From Phyllobates terribilis (Eukaryota), in contig NW_027362769.1 of the NCBI RefSeq assembly GCF_046119375.1, positions 124,434,001 through 124,498,000 on the forward strand: a stretch of DNA of 64,000 nt, read 5' to 3'. The position numbers and the translations under genes were made by a program. Shown piece after piece: positions 10,801 to 22,270 of the stretch. Each line of letters opens with the position of its first letter. The stretch's first letter is position 1. The notes below the pieces were generated by a model. It was not told the origin of the DNA. It worked only from the letters and a program-made list of their open reading frames with translations, and made no database searches.

Positions 10801-12298
10801 TTCAGAGATATGAAAACTTCTCTTACCCATCCCATCACCTCTTTCTCCTATTGTTGGTTCTCTTGAGTTTCCTCCAAGCTTAACAGAGCCATTCTCTTCC
10901 AAATTAGGCTCAATATGTACGTAAAACAACTGTATTTGAAAACATCTTTGTGGGAGAAGGTATAATCCGCCATACATTATCTATTGTCTGTTCCTTGCTT
11001 GTTAATCCAATGGATCAGCCACCTCTTGGATTCTTGCCCCAGTGGGAGGATGATTTGGGCACTTCTTTTACCTGATCAAAGGGTTAAGGTACTGTCCTCC
11101 TTGGCTCAAAAATCTTCAATAAGCTCACACCTTCAAGAATCGAATGATAAAATTTTGTTCCGATGGTATAAGGTTCTAACTAAATAAAATAAAACGTTCC
11201 CCTCGATCGATCCTGTGTGTTGGAGATGTAGACTTCATGGGGCAATTTTTGCTATATCTTTTGGTCCTACCCAGTTCTACAACCCTTCTCGGCTGATTTT
11301 AAAAGCATAATTAGGCTAGTCACTGGTTACACTTCAGAGATGGGTCCTAAACTGTTTCTCCTTCAGCTCTGCGAGACTCCTGCTTCCTCCTTTAAACGTC
11401 CATTCTTAAGATTCTTGGTGATGGCTGCCAGAGCCTGCATTCTTCTACTTTCAAAGACTGCAAATCCTCCTAATATGTCCCTCTGGATTACCAAGGACAG
11501 TGGCTTAATGTATATGGAAGACCTGACGGCTTCTCTTTACAACAGATATGATGCCTTTTGCAAAACATGGTACAAGTGGATTTAGTTTCAACGCTCCACA
11601 GAATATGGAAACCTAGCGCTCTCAGGCACCTCTCCCTGACTTAACCTCTTAATTGTTATTGATTGGTTGCATATTACAGTCCCTACCACTCCTTCCCTTC
11701 GCTTTGTTTTTTTCTCCTTCCTCTCTCATCTCTCTCTCTTGCTTCTAATTTTTATTTTAGATTTTTACTCTCCCTAAAAAAGAGAAAATAAGCGAGACTA
11801 ATCAGTTTGTTAAAGAACCTCACTTATATTATAAATCCCTCATCATATTTTTGAGGGACAAATGTAGTTCCAATTGCTTGATGCCATATAATGTTACTGA
11901 ACTCCCCAGAGTACTATTCAAAGGTGACACATGACTGTAGAAAGGGGGGAACCCTCAACTTCTGGATCTTCTATTATCTATATTTACATTGAGTCCGGTT
12001 GTGTGCCTGGTTTCTTATTACTGTTGGGGGGCAGGAGATTAGGAAAAATATAACTTCTTGTCTCACTGTCTCCTCTTTTTCCTGCCAGAAGAGATGGCAG
12101 AAGAATTTCCCACCCACCCCTTTGTTTGTTTGACACCCAAAAAATAACGTGTTGTGTTTTCTATTAGGCCATGTAGTTTTGGTTCATGCGCTAATAATGA
12201 GGGTCCATGCCATATCCAGAAGTGATGTAATATGATGTTTTATTTCATTGCTGTAAGTGATGGTTGCAATAGTTTTTTAATAATAAAAAATAAAAAAA
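7879..12298 (+). mobile_element. Decayed L1-clade LINE, ORF2 RT to 3' end, split by an L2 insertion
   Basis: Translated remnants SYRKISLL, DQTGF, DVEKVFDRVNW (7921-8268), GTRQG...LEP (from ~9930), YADD-like KIAAYAG, Cys motif CWRC near 11220; A-rich tail near 12280-12298. Many stops and frameshifts; the 3' boundary is approximate. Confidence 0.82.
8373..9929 (-). mobile_element. 5'-truncated L2-clade LINE
   Basis: Minus-strand RT motifs [40 protein letters not shown]; (ATT)n tail at 8373-8393; sits between adjacent L1 codons (NGFP | NGTRQG). Confidence 0.9.
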
Positions 12299-12528
12299 GG
12301 ATAGAAGGATGAGGGCCAGATACCAGGTGATAGTAAAAGTCACATCAGGCGAGCAGTATGAATACCGCGGAGCCTGGTGACAGAGGTGATACATGTCCGG
12401 GTAGAGATGTAACAGTCTGAAGGCCACAGTTAGTTGGTGAAGGTCCTTCTATACTGGTCCAGCAGTGATGGTGGATCTGCTGGACTTCAGGGCGCTGGAT
12501 GCGGAGGTGTCCTGTCTTTTAGATGGTT

Positions 12529-12935
12529 TTAGGGCAACAGTGACAACATGCAAAAGCACGAGCAGCCCTGGATAATCCACGCCGGCAGGATGATAAGATC
12601 CGGTGGAAGATGGAACCTATGAGAAGAGAAGTAAATATAATGTAAGTGATGGGACTCCATATTACATGATGCTACTGTGCGGTCACTGTGGTCGGACGGC
12701 AGAGGAATCTTATCATACGGAGGTCAGGGATCATTGTCAGCCATCATACATGTCACAATCACATCACTGACAGATGACATCTGCTCCACATGAATTATTC
12801 TCACTGACATCACACAACATGGAGCTGATTCTCACACTTACCTCGTCTCTTTTTCCCCTTTTCTACATTTTCTGATTTTTTTTTGCTCTTTACTCAGATT
12901 TATTGCAGATTTTCCTTCTTCCTGAGCTGGAAATT
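12529..12935 (-). CDS. Last two coding exons of the MAST-like gene
   Basis: Exon 12842-12935 (polypyrimidine tract+CAG acceptor, GTAAGT donor) and terminal exon from 12616 (TAG acceptor). The stop position depends on an A9 run. Confidence 0.65.
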
Positions 12936-15900
12936 CTGATCAGAAAGTGAAAAAAAACCTCATTAATGATATATTCTTATGGGATCTGCTTTGTATCTTT
13001 CCTGTATATAGTAAAATTGCTCTAGTCCTGTCTCCTATAGTCCTGGTAATCTGGTATTACATCATAATAGGGCATAATAAGTCCTATATACCACACAAGA
13101 CCTCATCTGAGGGGCATTAGATGTGTCACTAATATAGAGCAGTGAGCTCTTTGTGTGCCGCCATGTGGTGCATCCCTAATGAGTGATATTCTACTATAGG
13201 AGATTATGTTACATTATGATAACGTAGGTAACTGGATTCTACAAAGAAATTGACAGAATCCATGAACAAAAAACTGCTGTACAAAATTAGGGAAATAGGG
13301 ACACAGTACGGGTTCATGGTCAACATAATTGGGATCCATGAAACATGGATGACATAGGAGACCTATTGCAGAAAACCATGTGGAAATGTTGGAGCCTTGA
13401 AGTCAGCACTCACATTGTTGGTGCTGTAGACATGTACATACCTGATAATGGGGACGAGGGTGGCAAGATGGTAATATCATCGTCTGTATTAGATACAGGA
13501 ACCGATCCTTCCTCCCTGTTCAGAAAAAGAAAAATGTGTAAATCACAAGTAATCACAGTAAAAAAAGGGGTTGTCTCACAATAAGAACAACGACTAAAAG
13601 GTCTAATAGGACATATGACTGTCGTGGTGGGGAAGGTCTTCTGCTCCAAACTACCTTTTATAGAGCGAAGTGGAAAATAACTATCAAGAATATCTGGCAT
13701 GTAATACTACATCTCTACTATAGCGTGGGCAGCAGTAAAAAATTCATGACCGGTCACAATTGTGGGCTGTTATCACCAGCGGTTTCTAAAGCCAAAAGCA
13801 CAATGGCCGCTAACCATGGGGCAGTGGATGCTGCATTTGATATTATGGTTTTTATGTCCTTTGTTTGGTGTTGTGCACATGTATCAGCCTGGAGCTCCCA
13901 GTAATGACCCCATAATCTACTCACATTTTTGAGGTGTTTGTGTTTGAGGCCGGGGTAAACTCTGGAGGGGACGTGGGATCCTCATCGCTCATCATCCCGG
14001 TAGTGTTGGTACAGAGCTAAATGAGGGCAATAATAAGGTTTGAATTATTTATTTTTCCTTTTAGAGGTCTTTTTTTTTTACATATTTTAGATTTATTGAT
14101 CACATACTTACTTTACAAACCTGTTCAGAAGATGGTGTAATTTTTAGGGAGAAAATGCTCTCATTGTTCTCCCTTGTGCCCTCCTCATCCTCTGAGACCT
14201 GATGGTTGATTTTATCAGAGTGATCTACAAGACATAGGTAATGAAGTATTATTAGAGGTTGTCAGTATAACAAAATCACCATTTATCACTAGATTACTGG
14301 ATGTTACAACATAAATCACAGAATACTATAACAAAAACTCCTGTATAAAATTAGGGAAATAGGGATAGAGTATGGGCCCATGGTCAACATAATTGGGATC
14401 CATGAATCATTGATAACATAGGAGACCTATTGCAGAAAAACCATGTGGAAATGTTTGAGCCTTAAATTCAACATTCACATTGTTGGTGCTGAAGACATGT
14501 ACATACCTGATAATGGGGACGAGGTTGGCAAGATGGTAATATCATCATCTGAATTAGATACAGGAATAGATTCTTCCTGCCTATTTCAAAGAAGAAAAAC
14601 GTGTCAATCACAAGTAAACGCAGTATAAAAGGGGCTGTCTCACTATAATAACACTGACTATAAGGCCTAATAGGACATATGACTGTCATGGTGGGGAAGG
14701 TCTTCTGCTCAAAACTACCTTTTATAGAGCGGAGCAGAAAACAACCACCAAGAATATCTGGCATTCAATACTACATCTCTCCTACACCGTGGGCAGAATT
14801 AAAAATGCATGACCGGCCATATTTATGGTCTGTAAGCACCAGCGATTTCTAAAGCCAAAAGCAAAATAGCCGATAATCATGGGGCAGTGAATGCTGCATT
14901 TAAAATTATGGTATTTATGTCCTATATTTGGTCTGGTATACATCTATCAGCCTAGAGCACCAAGTAATGACCCCTTAATCTACTCACATGTCTGAGATGT
15001 TTGTGCTTGATGCTGGGGTAGACTCTGGAGGGGACTTGGCATCCTCATTGTTCATCATCCCGGTTGTGATGGTACAGAGCTAAATGCAGACAACAAGTTA
15101 TTATTTTTTTTTTACTTTTAGAGGGGTTATTTCTGAATATCTTGGGTTTATTGATCACATACGTACTTTAGGAAGCCTTTCAGAAGATGATGTGAAATTT
15201 AGGAAGTCAAAGCTCTCACTGTCCTCACTTGTGCCCTCCTTATCCTCTGAGACCAGATGGTTATTTATATCAGAGTGATCTGCAAGACATACGTAATGAA
15301 GGATTATTAGAGTTTGTCAGTATAATATAGTCACCATTTATCACTAATATTAATGGGAACCAATGATCACATATTGGGGAAGATGAGACAAACAGTCGCT
15401 TAGTCTAGATGACGACTCATTTTACTTACTGATAAGAAAGCTGGTGTCCACGTTTGACTCAAGCTGAGGAATGTATTCCCTCTTCTGACTTAGAATGTTG
15501 TCAAAGTCCAAGTCACTAAGGAATGGATGACCCTTGATCTCAAATGCTCCTCCTGGAAAAATAAAAATAAAAGTGATGTGGATATTTTCAGAGATTTCTC
15601 CATATCTGACAAGTTTATCTTAATCTGAACACATGATATAACTGAGCCGACATGAAGGAAATAGACTGAAAGTCTTAGTATGGAGAACTAGAAATGGACA
15701 AGCTGATAGAGAAGTGCTGGTCCTCATGGACATGAGTGATATGTCCTTGGTGTTATAAAGGAATATTAATACTATTATATATGTTACCTGTCCCAAGTCT
15801 ATTCACAGGATTTGTTCTTAGCAGCTCAGTGATGAGATTCTGAGCATCCGGGGGAGGAGCGGGATCACTATCCCAAATTATGTCTCCTGTTGTATAGAAA

Positions 15901-18900
15901 ATAACATGTTTTTAATGGACTGTACTATAAAGCAAAAGAAATAACTAAACCAATGTAACTAGTCAAAGTAAAGATCAAATAATTCTACTTACTAATGACA
16001 ACATTTTTGTAAAGCCTATTAAGGGAATCCCCATCAAAAGGTACACATCCCACAAGAAATTCATATAGGATTATGCCCATTGACCACCAGTCAACAGGTC
16101 TTCCATAGCCTTGCTTCAGGAGGACCTCTGGGGCTGTGTAATACAGGGTGCCACAGACCTGGAAACCAATAGAAAAAGGATGAGATTGATGAAACTATAA
16201 TTATGACAAGTTCTTGCCATAAAATCGGAATTTAAAGAAAATGAAATCAGAGGAAAAGTTCTCTAGAAATAAAGAACGTAGAGAGAAGACAATACAATGA
16301 CATTTGTAAAGAACAAGCTGAGTTCTTGTAAGTGTTACCAACCTCTCGATCCTGGAACTCTCTGCTGATGTCCTGTGCTAATTCCTTATAGGTTTTGGTT
16401 TTTGGTATCATTAGACCAAGCTTTGAAAGCCCAAAATCGGTGACTTTAATGTGTCCCGAAGATGTTATCAGGAGGCTGTGAAAGAGAAGATGGTTTTAGC
16501 CTCACACACAATGTGATATTAAGTGATAACTTTACTCCCTTTATTACAATACAGGGGGCACTTACTTCTCCGGCTTCAGGTCTCTGTGCACCACACCGTA
16601 ACTATGCAGGTATTCCAAAGCAAGAACCGCTTCTGCAAAGTACAAACGGGCCAAGGGGACAGATAAATGACCCCTGGTGCTTAGAAGGGTCCCACAGTCT
16701 CCACCTAAAGAAGAAAGGAAATATGACCGGTGAGGGGTTGATACAGCAGATCACCATGATGTATAATGAGAAGTGAGCGGAGACATTGGGGCAGGAGAGA
16801 ATATAGAAAGATATAATGTATAGTGTCATAATATTAGTCTGAAGTCATGGTGAAATGTCCTCCATGTAACTAATAACATAAAGTGATGTGACGTCTACAG
16901 CTGGAGATATGGACATACTCAGTGCGGACATACAGAGGAGATCACACAGATCAATGACTTTCCGGCCATCTTGGTATTAGATCACCTATAGTAAATGCTC
17001 TGTGGGGATGTAACCGTTCACATGGACAAGTCTTAATGATATGAGGTGATAAGAAGAAAGCAGACATGGGCTGAATATAATACAATGTAGGTGTCTTACC
17101 TCCTGCATACTCCATGACCATACACAGGTGAGATCTAGTAGGGAATGAGCAGAGCATGGAGACCACGAAGGGACAATCTGCGAATGTTAAGATGTCCCTC
17201 TCCTGAAAGGCCCATTCCACTTTCTGTGGAGTATCCAGATTCTGCTTAGCCAATTTCTTCATAGCAAAGATCTGTTGGGAGTCTTTATGGCGCACTAAGT
17301 AGACGGCACTGGAGAGAAGGAGAATCCATGGGTTATAATAAATCCTTATTAACAGTCCGTCTATAGAAGTCATTATACGATCTTCTGTCCTAATGTTTAA
17401 TACTTTAATACTAGAAGTCCGGCCGTCACTAGAAATCCACATCTAGAAATCCATGAAATATCACTATATAGATCACCTATGGGAGGTGGGCACAATGCCA
17501 CGTCTGCCGGGACCCTCACCCCAGCCAATCAGTCTTATCAGCTTCATAATGGAGCCCCGAAAAAAGTGAAGAACGGCCAGAGGAGCGGAAAGCTCTGATG
17601 GAGGGGGCAGCATAAGGACAGATGAGGGTCTCGGACAGGCGAGGGTAATGTATTATTGTCATCTCTTTCCTTAACAGTTTGATTTGTTACACATCAGTTT
17701 GGTCATCTCTATATAAAAGACCTGCATAGTGACATTTAGATGTGGACAGTGATGTGGACTCATATCGTTTCCCTATGATAACACTGAATGGCCGAGCACA
17801 GAGGCAGAAGCATTGTCATAGGGAACCCTGAGAAATGTGGATTATGGTAGCAGAAATCTCACCCAAAAGCTCCACTGCTGATCAGTTTAGATGTCTCATA
17901 GTCACTCATGTGCGGCTCTCCTGCCGGGACCAATGATTTGATCAAGTCCTAAAAAAGAATAAGAAATAACACTAAGATATAGAAGCTGCAGGAAAACATC
18001 TCAGGACGTAAAATCTTCTCTCTCCTATATTATGTCCCGGCTGATTTACACTGATCCGATGTAGGTGACGATACAAGCAGGACGCTCCGCATGGATGTAA
18101 TATAAAGGGGATCCTCTATACACCGGTATCATTGTATAGTGCTGGATAATACGCAAGATCACACAGGGGAGAACTTAAAAGGAATCTGTCAGCAGGTTTT
18201 TGCTATGTAATCTAAGAGCTGCATGATGTAGCGGCAGAGACCCTCAGTCCAGAGATGTGTCACTTACTAGGCTGTGAGCTGTTGTTTCAATAAAATCAGT
18301 GTTTTATCAGCAGAAGAATGTCACTAAAGGACTAGCTGTCTTATGCCATATAGTTCTATTGTTCTGTGCAACCCCGTCCCCACCACTGATTAGCAGGTTT
18401 GTGTCTATGCACAGTTTACACAGAAAGCAGCCAATCAGTGGTGTGGGCGGAGTTATACAGAGGTCAGCATTCAGAGCACTGCTAGATCTGCTGCAGAGAA
18501 AACTGTGATTTTATCACAATTGTTGCAGCCAGTAGTAAGTAAGTAAGTGACACATTGCTGGAAACAGGGTCTCTGCCCCTACTACGTAATAATGCTCTCA
18601 CATTGAGAAGCAAAATCCTGGTGACAGATTCCCTTTAATATAAAACCTAATTTGTAATTTGTAACACAGTAGTGTCATCTACCCTTAGGATAGAGATATC
18701 TCATGGTCATATGGGGGATAATGCTGGACGGGACATTTACACCCAGGGGCGTAACGATTGCGGTTGCAGAGGATGCCAATATAGTTGAAAACAATGATGG
18801 AAGAGGGAGCTATCAGCTGACGATCTCTCCGCCATCATACTCCCTCTGCGTCTGAGCTCTGACATCTCAGCGCAGCAGGTGCTATGTCGTCATTACATTG

Positions 18901-21283
18901 CGGGGGACACACACGCTGAGGAGACTGGAGCAGCGGCGGTACAAAGAGCGGTGAGTATTTTTGTTTTCTTTTTTTGTAAATCAATGGGGACATTATACTG
19001 TTTGGAGAGCAGTGTGGGGGCCCTAAAAGAGTTTGCAGGGCTATATGGAGCCATTATAATATTTGCATGGATGGGAGTGGGCCATTATACTATTTGGAGA
19101 TTTGGAGGGCAATGTTGGGGCCATTAAGCAGTTTGCATGCAAGACTATCTGGGGGCCATTATAGTATTTGGAGGGCTATGTGGGGGCCATTAGACTGTTT
19201 GGAGGGCTTGGTGGGAGTTAATATAATGTTTGGAGCTATGTGGGGGTTATTATACTGTTTGCAGGGCTATGTGGGGGCAATATTACAGTTTGGAGGGCTA
19301 TGTGGGGGCCATGATAAAGTTTGCAGGGCTAGGTGTGGGCCATTATACTATTTGGTGAGCTATGTTGGGGCCATTATGCAGTTCACAGGATTATATGGGG
19401 GCCATTATAGTATTCGGGGGGCTATATGGGGGCCATTAGACTATTTGGAGGGCTATGTGGGAGTTAATATACTATTTGGAGGGCTATATAGATAGGGTCA
19501 TTACACTCTTTGGGCGCTATGTGGGGCCATTATACTGTTTGCAGGGATATGTGGGGGCAATTATAGTGTTTGGAGGGCTATGTGGGAGTAAATATACTGT
19601 TTGGGCACTATGTGGGAGCCAATACACTGTTTGGAGCTATGTGGGGGCAATTATACTGTTTGCAGGGCTATGTGGGGTGACTATACAGTTTGGAGAGCCA
19701 GTGTGGTTCATTATACAGTGTGGGGGCCATTTTACATTGTGGAGGGTTGTGTTGGGCTACCATACTGTGTATAGGATTGTGTAGGGGCCACCATACTGTG
19801 TGGAGGGGAGTAAGGGTCATAAAACTGTATGGAGGATTTTATACTGTATCGAGGGCTGTGTCGGGGCCATCATACTGTGTTGGGGTCACTGTGGGGGTAT
19901 TATACTTTGCGGGATTCGGGGTAATGTAGGGTCATCAAACTATGCGTCTAGAGGCTGCTGTGAAAGATCTCACTGTGCGGGGTATAACACTGTGTTTGGA
20001 GGGCACTTTTGTTGGCATCATACTTTATGGGGGCCATGAAAGTGGTATCTTAATGCATAGGAACACTAAGGGGCTTCAACTGGAGGAAAATCATTATGTA
20101 AAGGCTACACCGTTGTGGGTTGTGCTCTTCTGTGACCCTTCGGATTATTCAGTTTTTTTAATTTTTGGGAGGCCAATTGGGATTTCTGCTATGGGGCCCC
20201 ATGATTGCTATGCATGCCCCTGGATGGGTACTTACCGGGCATTCCAATGAGGGGGCCGTACATTCCAGTACAGACAGGACTTCTTGGGCCAGCTCTTTTA
20301 TAAAAGCCAAATCTCCATTTTGAGATTTTTCTTCAGCCTATAAAGAAAAAAAGAAAAAGTAAAATCCTGAGTTTATGAGAAAGGGCACAATGGAGCCGGC
20401 CATTGTATGTGACATCTGCTCCTGTGTCTGCTGATACAATGTCTACATATCTGGGGATTCATCATAATTTACACTGGAGGAAAGAAAAAGCTTCTCTCCC
20501 ACCATTATTATCTATTATTATAGAGAAGTTTTGTGCGGAGTGTCCGCCATTTACCTGGTGTAGTAATGTCCTGATGTTGTAATGTAAATCCGTCAGATAG
20601 TCTGAGGTAAGACGACGTTGTCGGTGTTTGGACAGGCAGTCCCTTACTAGCTCCACCATCAGCTGGTGAGTGAAGCTAAGGACGCCATCGGGTGGTAAAA
20701 GCTCAATGTCAGGGCGATTATTGATAACAATCCCCCATAGGGCTTGTACCTGAAGATTGTCCAGAAGTAATTCAGCCATAGCTAGAAATTGCAAGTGCGA
20801 TCAGTCACTATGGAATAGCGAGAAACTGCAAGTGCGCTCAATCACTATGGAATAGCTAGAAACTGCAAGTGCGATCAGTCACTATGAAATAGCGAGAAAC
20901 TGCAAGTGCGCTCAATCACTATGAAGCCAACAAAGGCACCCGTGACACAGCGTACATTGTATAAGTAGGGACTGTGAGCCGTGATGTCATAATGGGTGAC
21001 CATCATCAGTGATGTCATCACGGAATCTTGTGATAGAATCTTAAAGCTGAAAAAGCGACAATGTTGAACATACACTAATGATATACTCTGTCATATTATG
21101 GGGAATATTGTATATATTTAGTATCTCATGTATTTTTTTTTCACCATAGAACATTTAACTCACTGGTTGCAGAGTTTACTATTAAAAACTATAGAAGAAT
21201 TAATGATATGTGACTTAAGTGATAAATCATTTACATCATTAATATTAATCGTTGTGTCTCTGGAAAGTTCCATCCTTTACCAT
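12529..21283 (-). CDS. Divergent MAST-family (microtubule-associated Ser/Thr kinase-like) gene, ~664 aa, 18 coding exons, no PDZ
   Basis: Phase-compatible GT-AG exons: 21281-21283 (ATG, tentative), 20555-20749, 20236-20337, 17863-17948, 17100-17308, 16566-16704, 16343-16475, 15993-16158, 15788-15886, 15430-15552, 15167-15279, 14988-15079, 14507-14580, 14112-14224, 13925-14016, 13442-13515, 12842-12935, 12529-12616. The sum is 1995 nt with no internal stop. The N-terminus and last ~45 aa are less certain. Confidence 0.85.
13442..14224 (-). CDS. C-terminal three-exon module, copy 2 (113+92+74 nt)
   Basis: [15 protein letters not shown]... / [13 protein letters not shown]... / [24 protein letters not shown]; same exon sizes as copy 1, open frame, GT-AG sites intact. 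Confidence 0.8.
14507..15279 (-). CDS. C-terminal three-exon module, copy 1 (113+92+74 nt)
   Basis: [15 protein letters not shown]... / [13 protein letters not shown]... / [24 protein letters not shown]; GT-AG sites present; net phase 1 to 1. Confidence 0.8.
15430..15552 (-). CDS. MAST-like AGC-kinase C-terminal exon
   Basis: [40 protein letters not shown]; 123 nt, phase 1 to phase 1, canonical CAG/GTAAGT sites. Confidence 0.9.
15788..17948 (-). CDS. MAST-like kinase domain, six exons
   Basis: ISSGAFG|AVYLVRH, FAMKK, ERDIL, MEYAG|GDC, HRDLKPE|[48 protein letters not shown]; all splice phases join. Confidence 0.93.
18175..18638. mobile_element. TTAA-flanked MITE (T2/Kolobok-like)
   Basis: TTAA-AAGGAATCTGTCA ... 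TGACAGATTCCCT-TTAA terminal inverted repeats with an internal palindromic arrangement. Confidence 0.8.
18743..20222. mobile_element. Non-autonomous DNA transposon (Harbinger-like) with degenerate ~39-bp internal repeats
   Basis: Starts CAGGGGCGTAAC and ends ...GCATGCCCCTG; the interior is a degenerate CTATGTGGGGGCCATTATACTGTTTGGAGGG array. The superfamily call is from memory. Confidence 0.55.
20236..20749 (-). CDS. MAST-like exons encoding the DUF1908-like pre-kinase region
   Basis: 20555-20749 reads ...[47 protein letters not shown]; 20236-20337 reads [34 protein letters not shown]; both resemble MAST DGVLSFIHHQIIELARDCL / AYERSES..AF. Confidence 0.85.
20780..20927. repeat. 37-bp minisatellite x4 in alternating A/B order
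   Basis: Units start at 20780, 20817, 20854, 20891 (AGCTAGAAA(T/C)TGCAAGTGCGATCAGTCACTATG(G/A)AAT alternating with AGCGAGAAACTGCAAGTGCGCTCAATCACTATG...). Confidence 0.92.
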
Positions 21284-21899
21284 GTGGGGTTTAGGTGGTG
21301 ATCGTGCAGCTGCCGGAGCGGAGAGCTGCTGTCAGAGCCGGCCAGACTCCCTATAAAGATGGTTTATTACAGAGGACTGACAATCAAATCAGAAAAAGAC
21401 GAAAAATGCACGACACAAAGTGATATATTTATTATAATATACTAAACCCACGGCACAGATCAGCTCTGCAGCGGAGGCAGAAGCCTGAAAATGCTAATAT
21501 CCAGCCCTAGTTACTGGGGAATTCAGCAATAAGAAACGCGTATTATAGTAGTGAAATGTCCCACTCTTATGTCTTTATGGTGAAATAAATGAAAGAGAAA
21601 GAAAAAGCAAGTTTGAAAAATGAAAGTCCCTTCCAGTACAAATTGCTGGTTCATACCCCACCATATATCAACCTATATCAGTCCTATATATGTAATGCAA
21701 TGATATCATAAGTAAATGACAAATCTTCTGCACGTTCTCATTTAAAGCCATTTAGCTGATCTGGCCTTGAATATGTATAACACATCCATATAAAGATAAA
21801 ATGTAGCATAAATGATTTATCATACGGGGTCCCATGACCCTTGTAAAGATGAAAAGCAGGAAGGACGGATTGGGAGAAATTGCAATAAATAAAAGATCC

Positions 21900-22270
21900 C
21901 TCTCCCAAACCGCGGGCAGCATGAATCAGAGTCCAGCTTCAAAATTGCTGCCAGGTATATTTTTCTCTGAAATTCTCCAGTGTTTATAGATGCGGCCGGG
22001 GACCATAGCCAGAGACCAGACTAGTGCCACCTAGGTCCAGCTTTCTCCAGCGCTTCTGCAGGTGATTGACAGGTCTTTCCCTCTTGTGTACATAGGGAGA
22101 GACCTGTCCCTTATCTCTAGCAGTGCTGGGAAGAGTCTCATCTGTGGCTATGTTCCCCGGCCGAACCTCCAGACCATATTTGCCCTGAAATGCTGGAGAA
22201 TTTCAGAGAATAGCAGACATGTTGAATTATGCAGCCAGGCTCTGATCCATGCTGCCTGCGGACTGGGCAG
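21900..22270. mobile_element. Degenerate inverted-repeat element (MITE-like)
   Basis: CGCGGGCAGCATGAATCAGAG...CTCTGAAATTCTCCAG is mirrored by CTGGAGAATTTCAGAG...CTCTGATCCATGCTGCCTGCG; ends not defined. Confidence 0.5.

Larger units (their letters stand above)
13230..15350. repeat. ~1.06 kb tandem segmental duplication (two diverged copies) inside the MAST-like gene
   Basis: Exons and introns align between ~13230-14290 and ~14290-15350; homologous exon starts are offset by 1055-1065 nt. Confidence 0.9.

Noticed and set aside
13410-14764. ORFs 13410-13700 and 14468-14764 as single long exons
   Set aside because: Only the 74-nt GT-AG-bounded parts fit the reading phase; the rest is intron.
18050-18116. 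Possible extra kinase-gene exon ([11 protein letters not shown]...)
   Set aside because: Phase does not fit the neighbouring phase-0 junction, which already joins directly.
18879-20250. Cluster of G/L/Y-rich ORFs
   Set aside because: Translations of degenerate repeats inside a non-autonomous DNA transposon within a kinase-gene intron.
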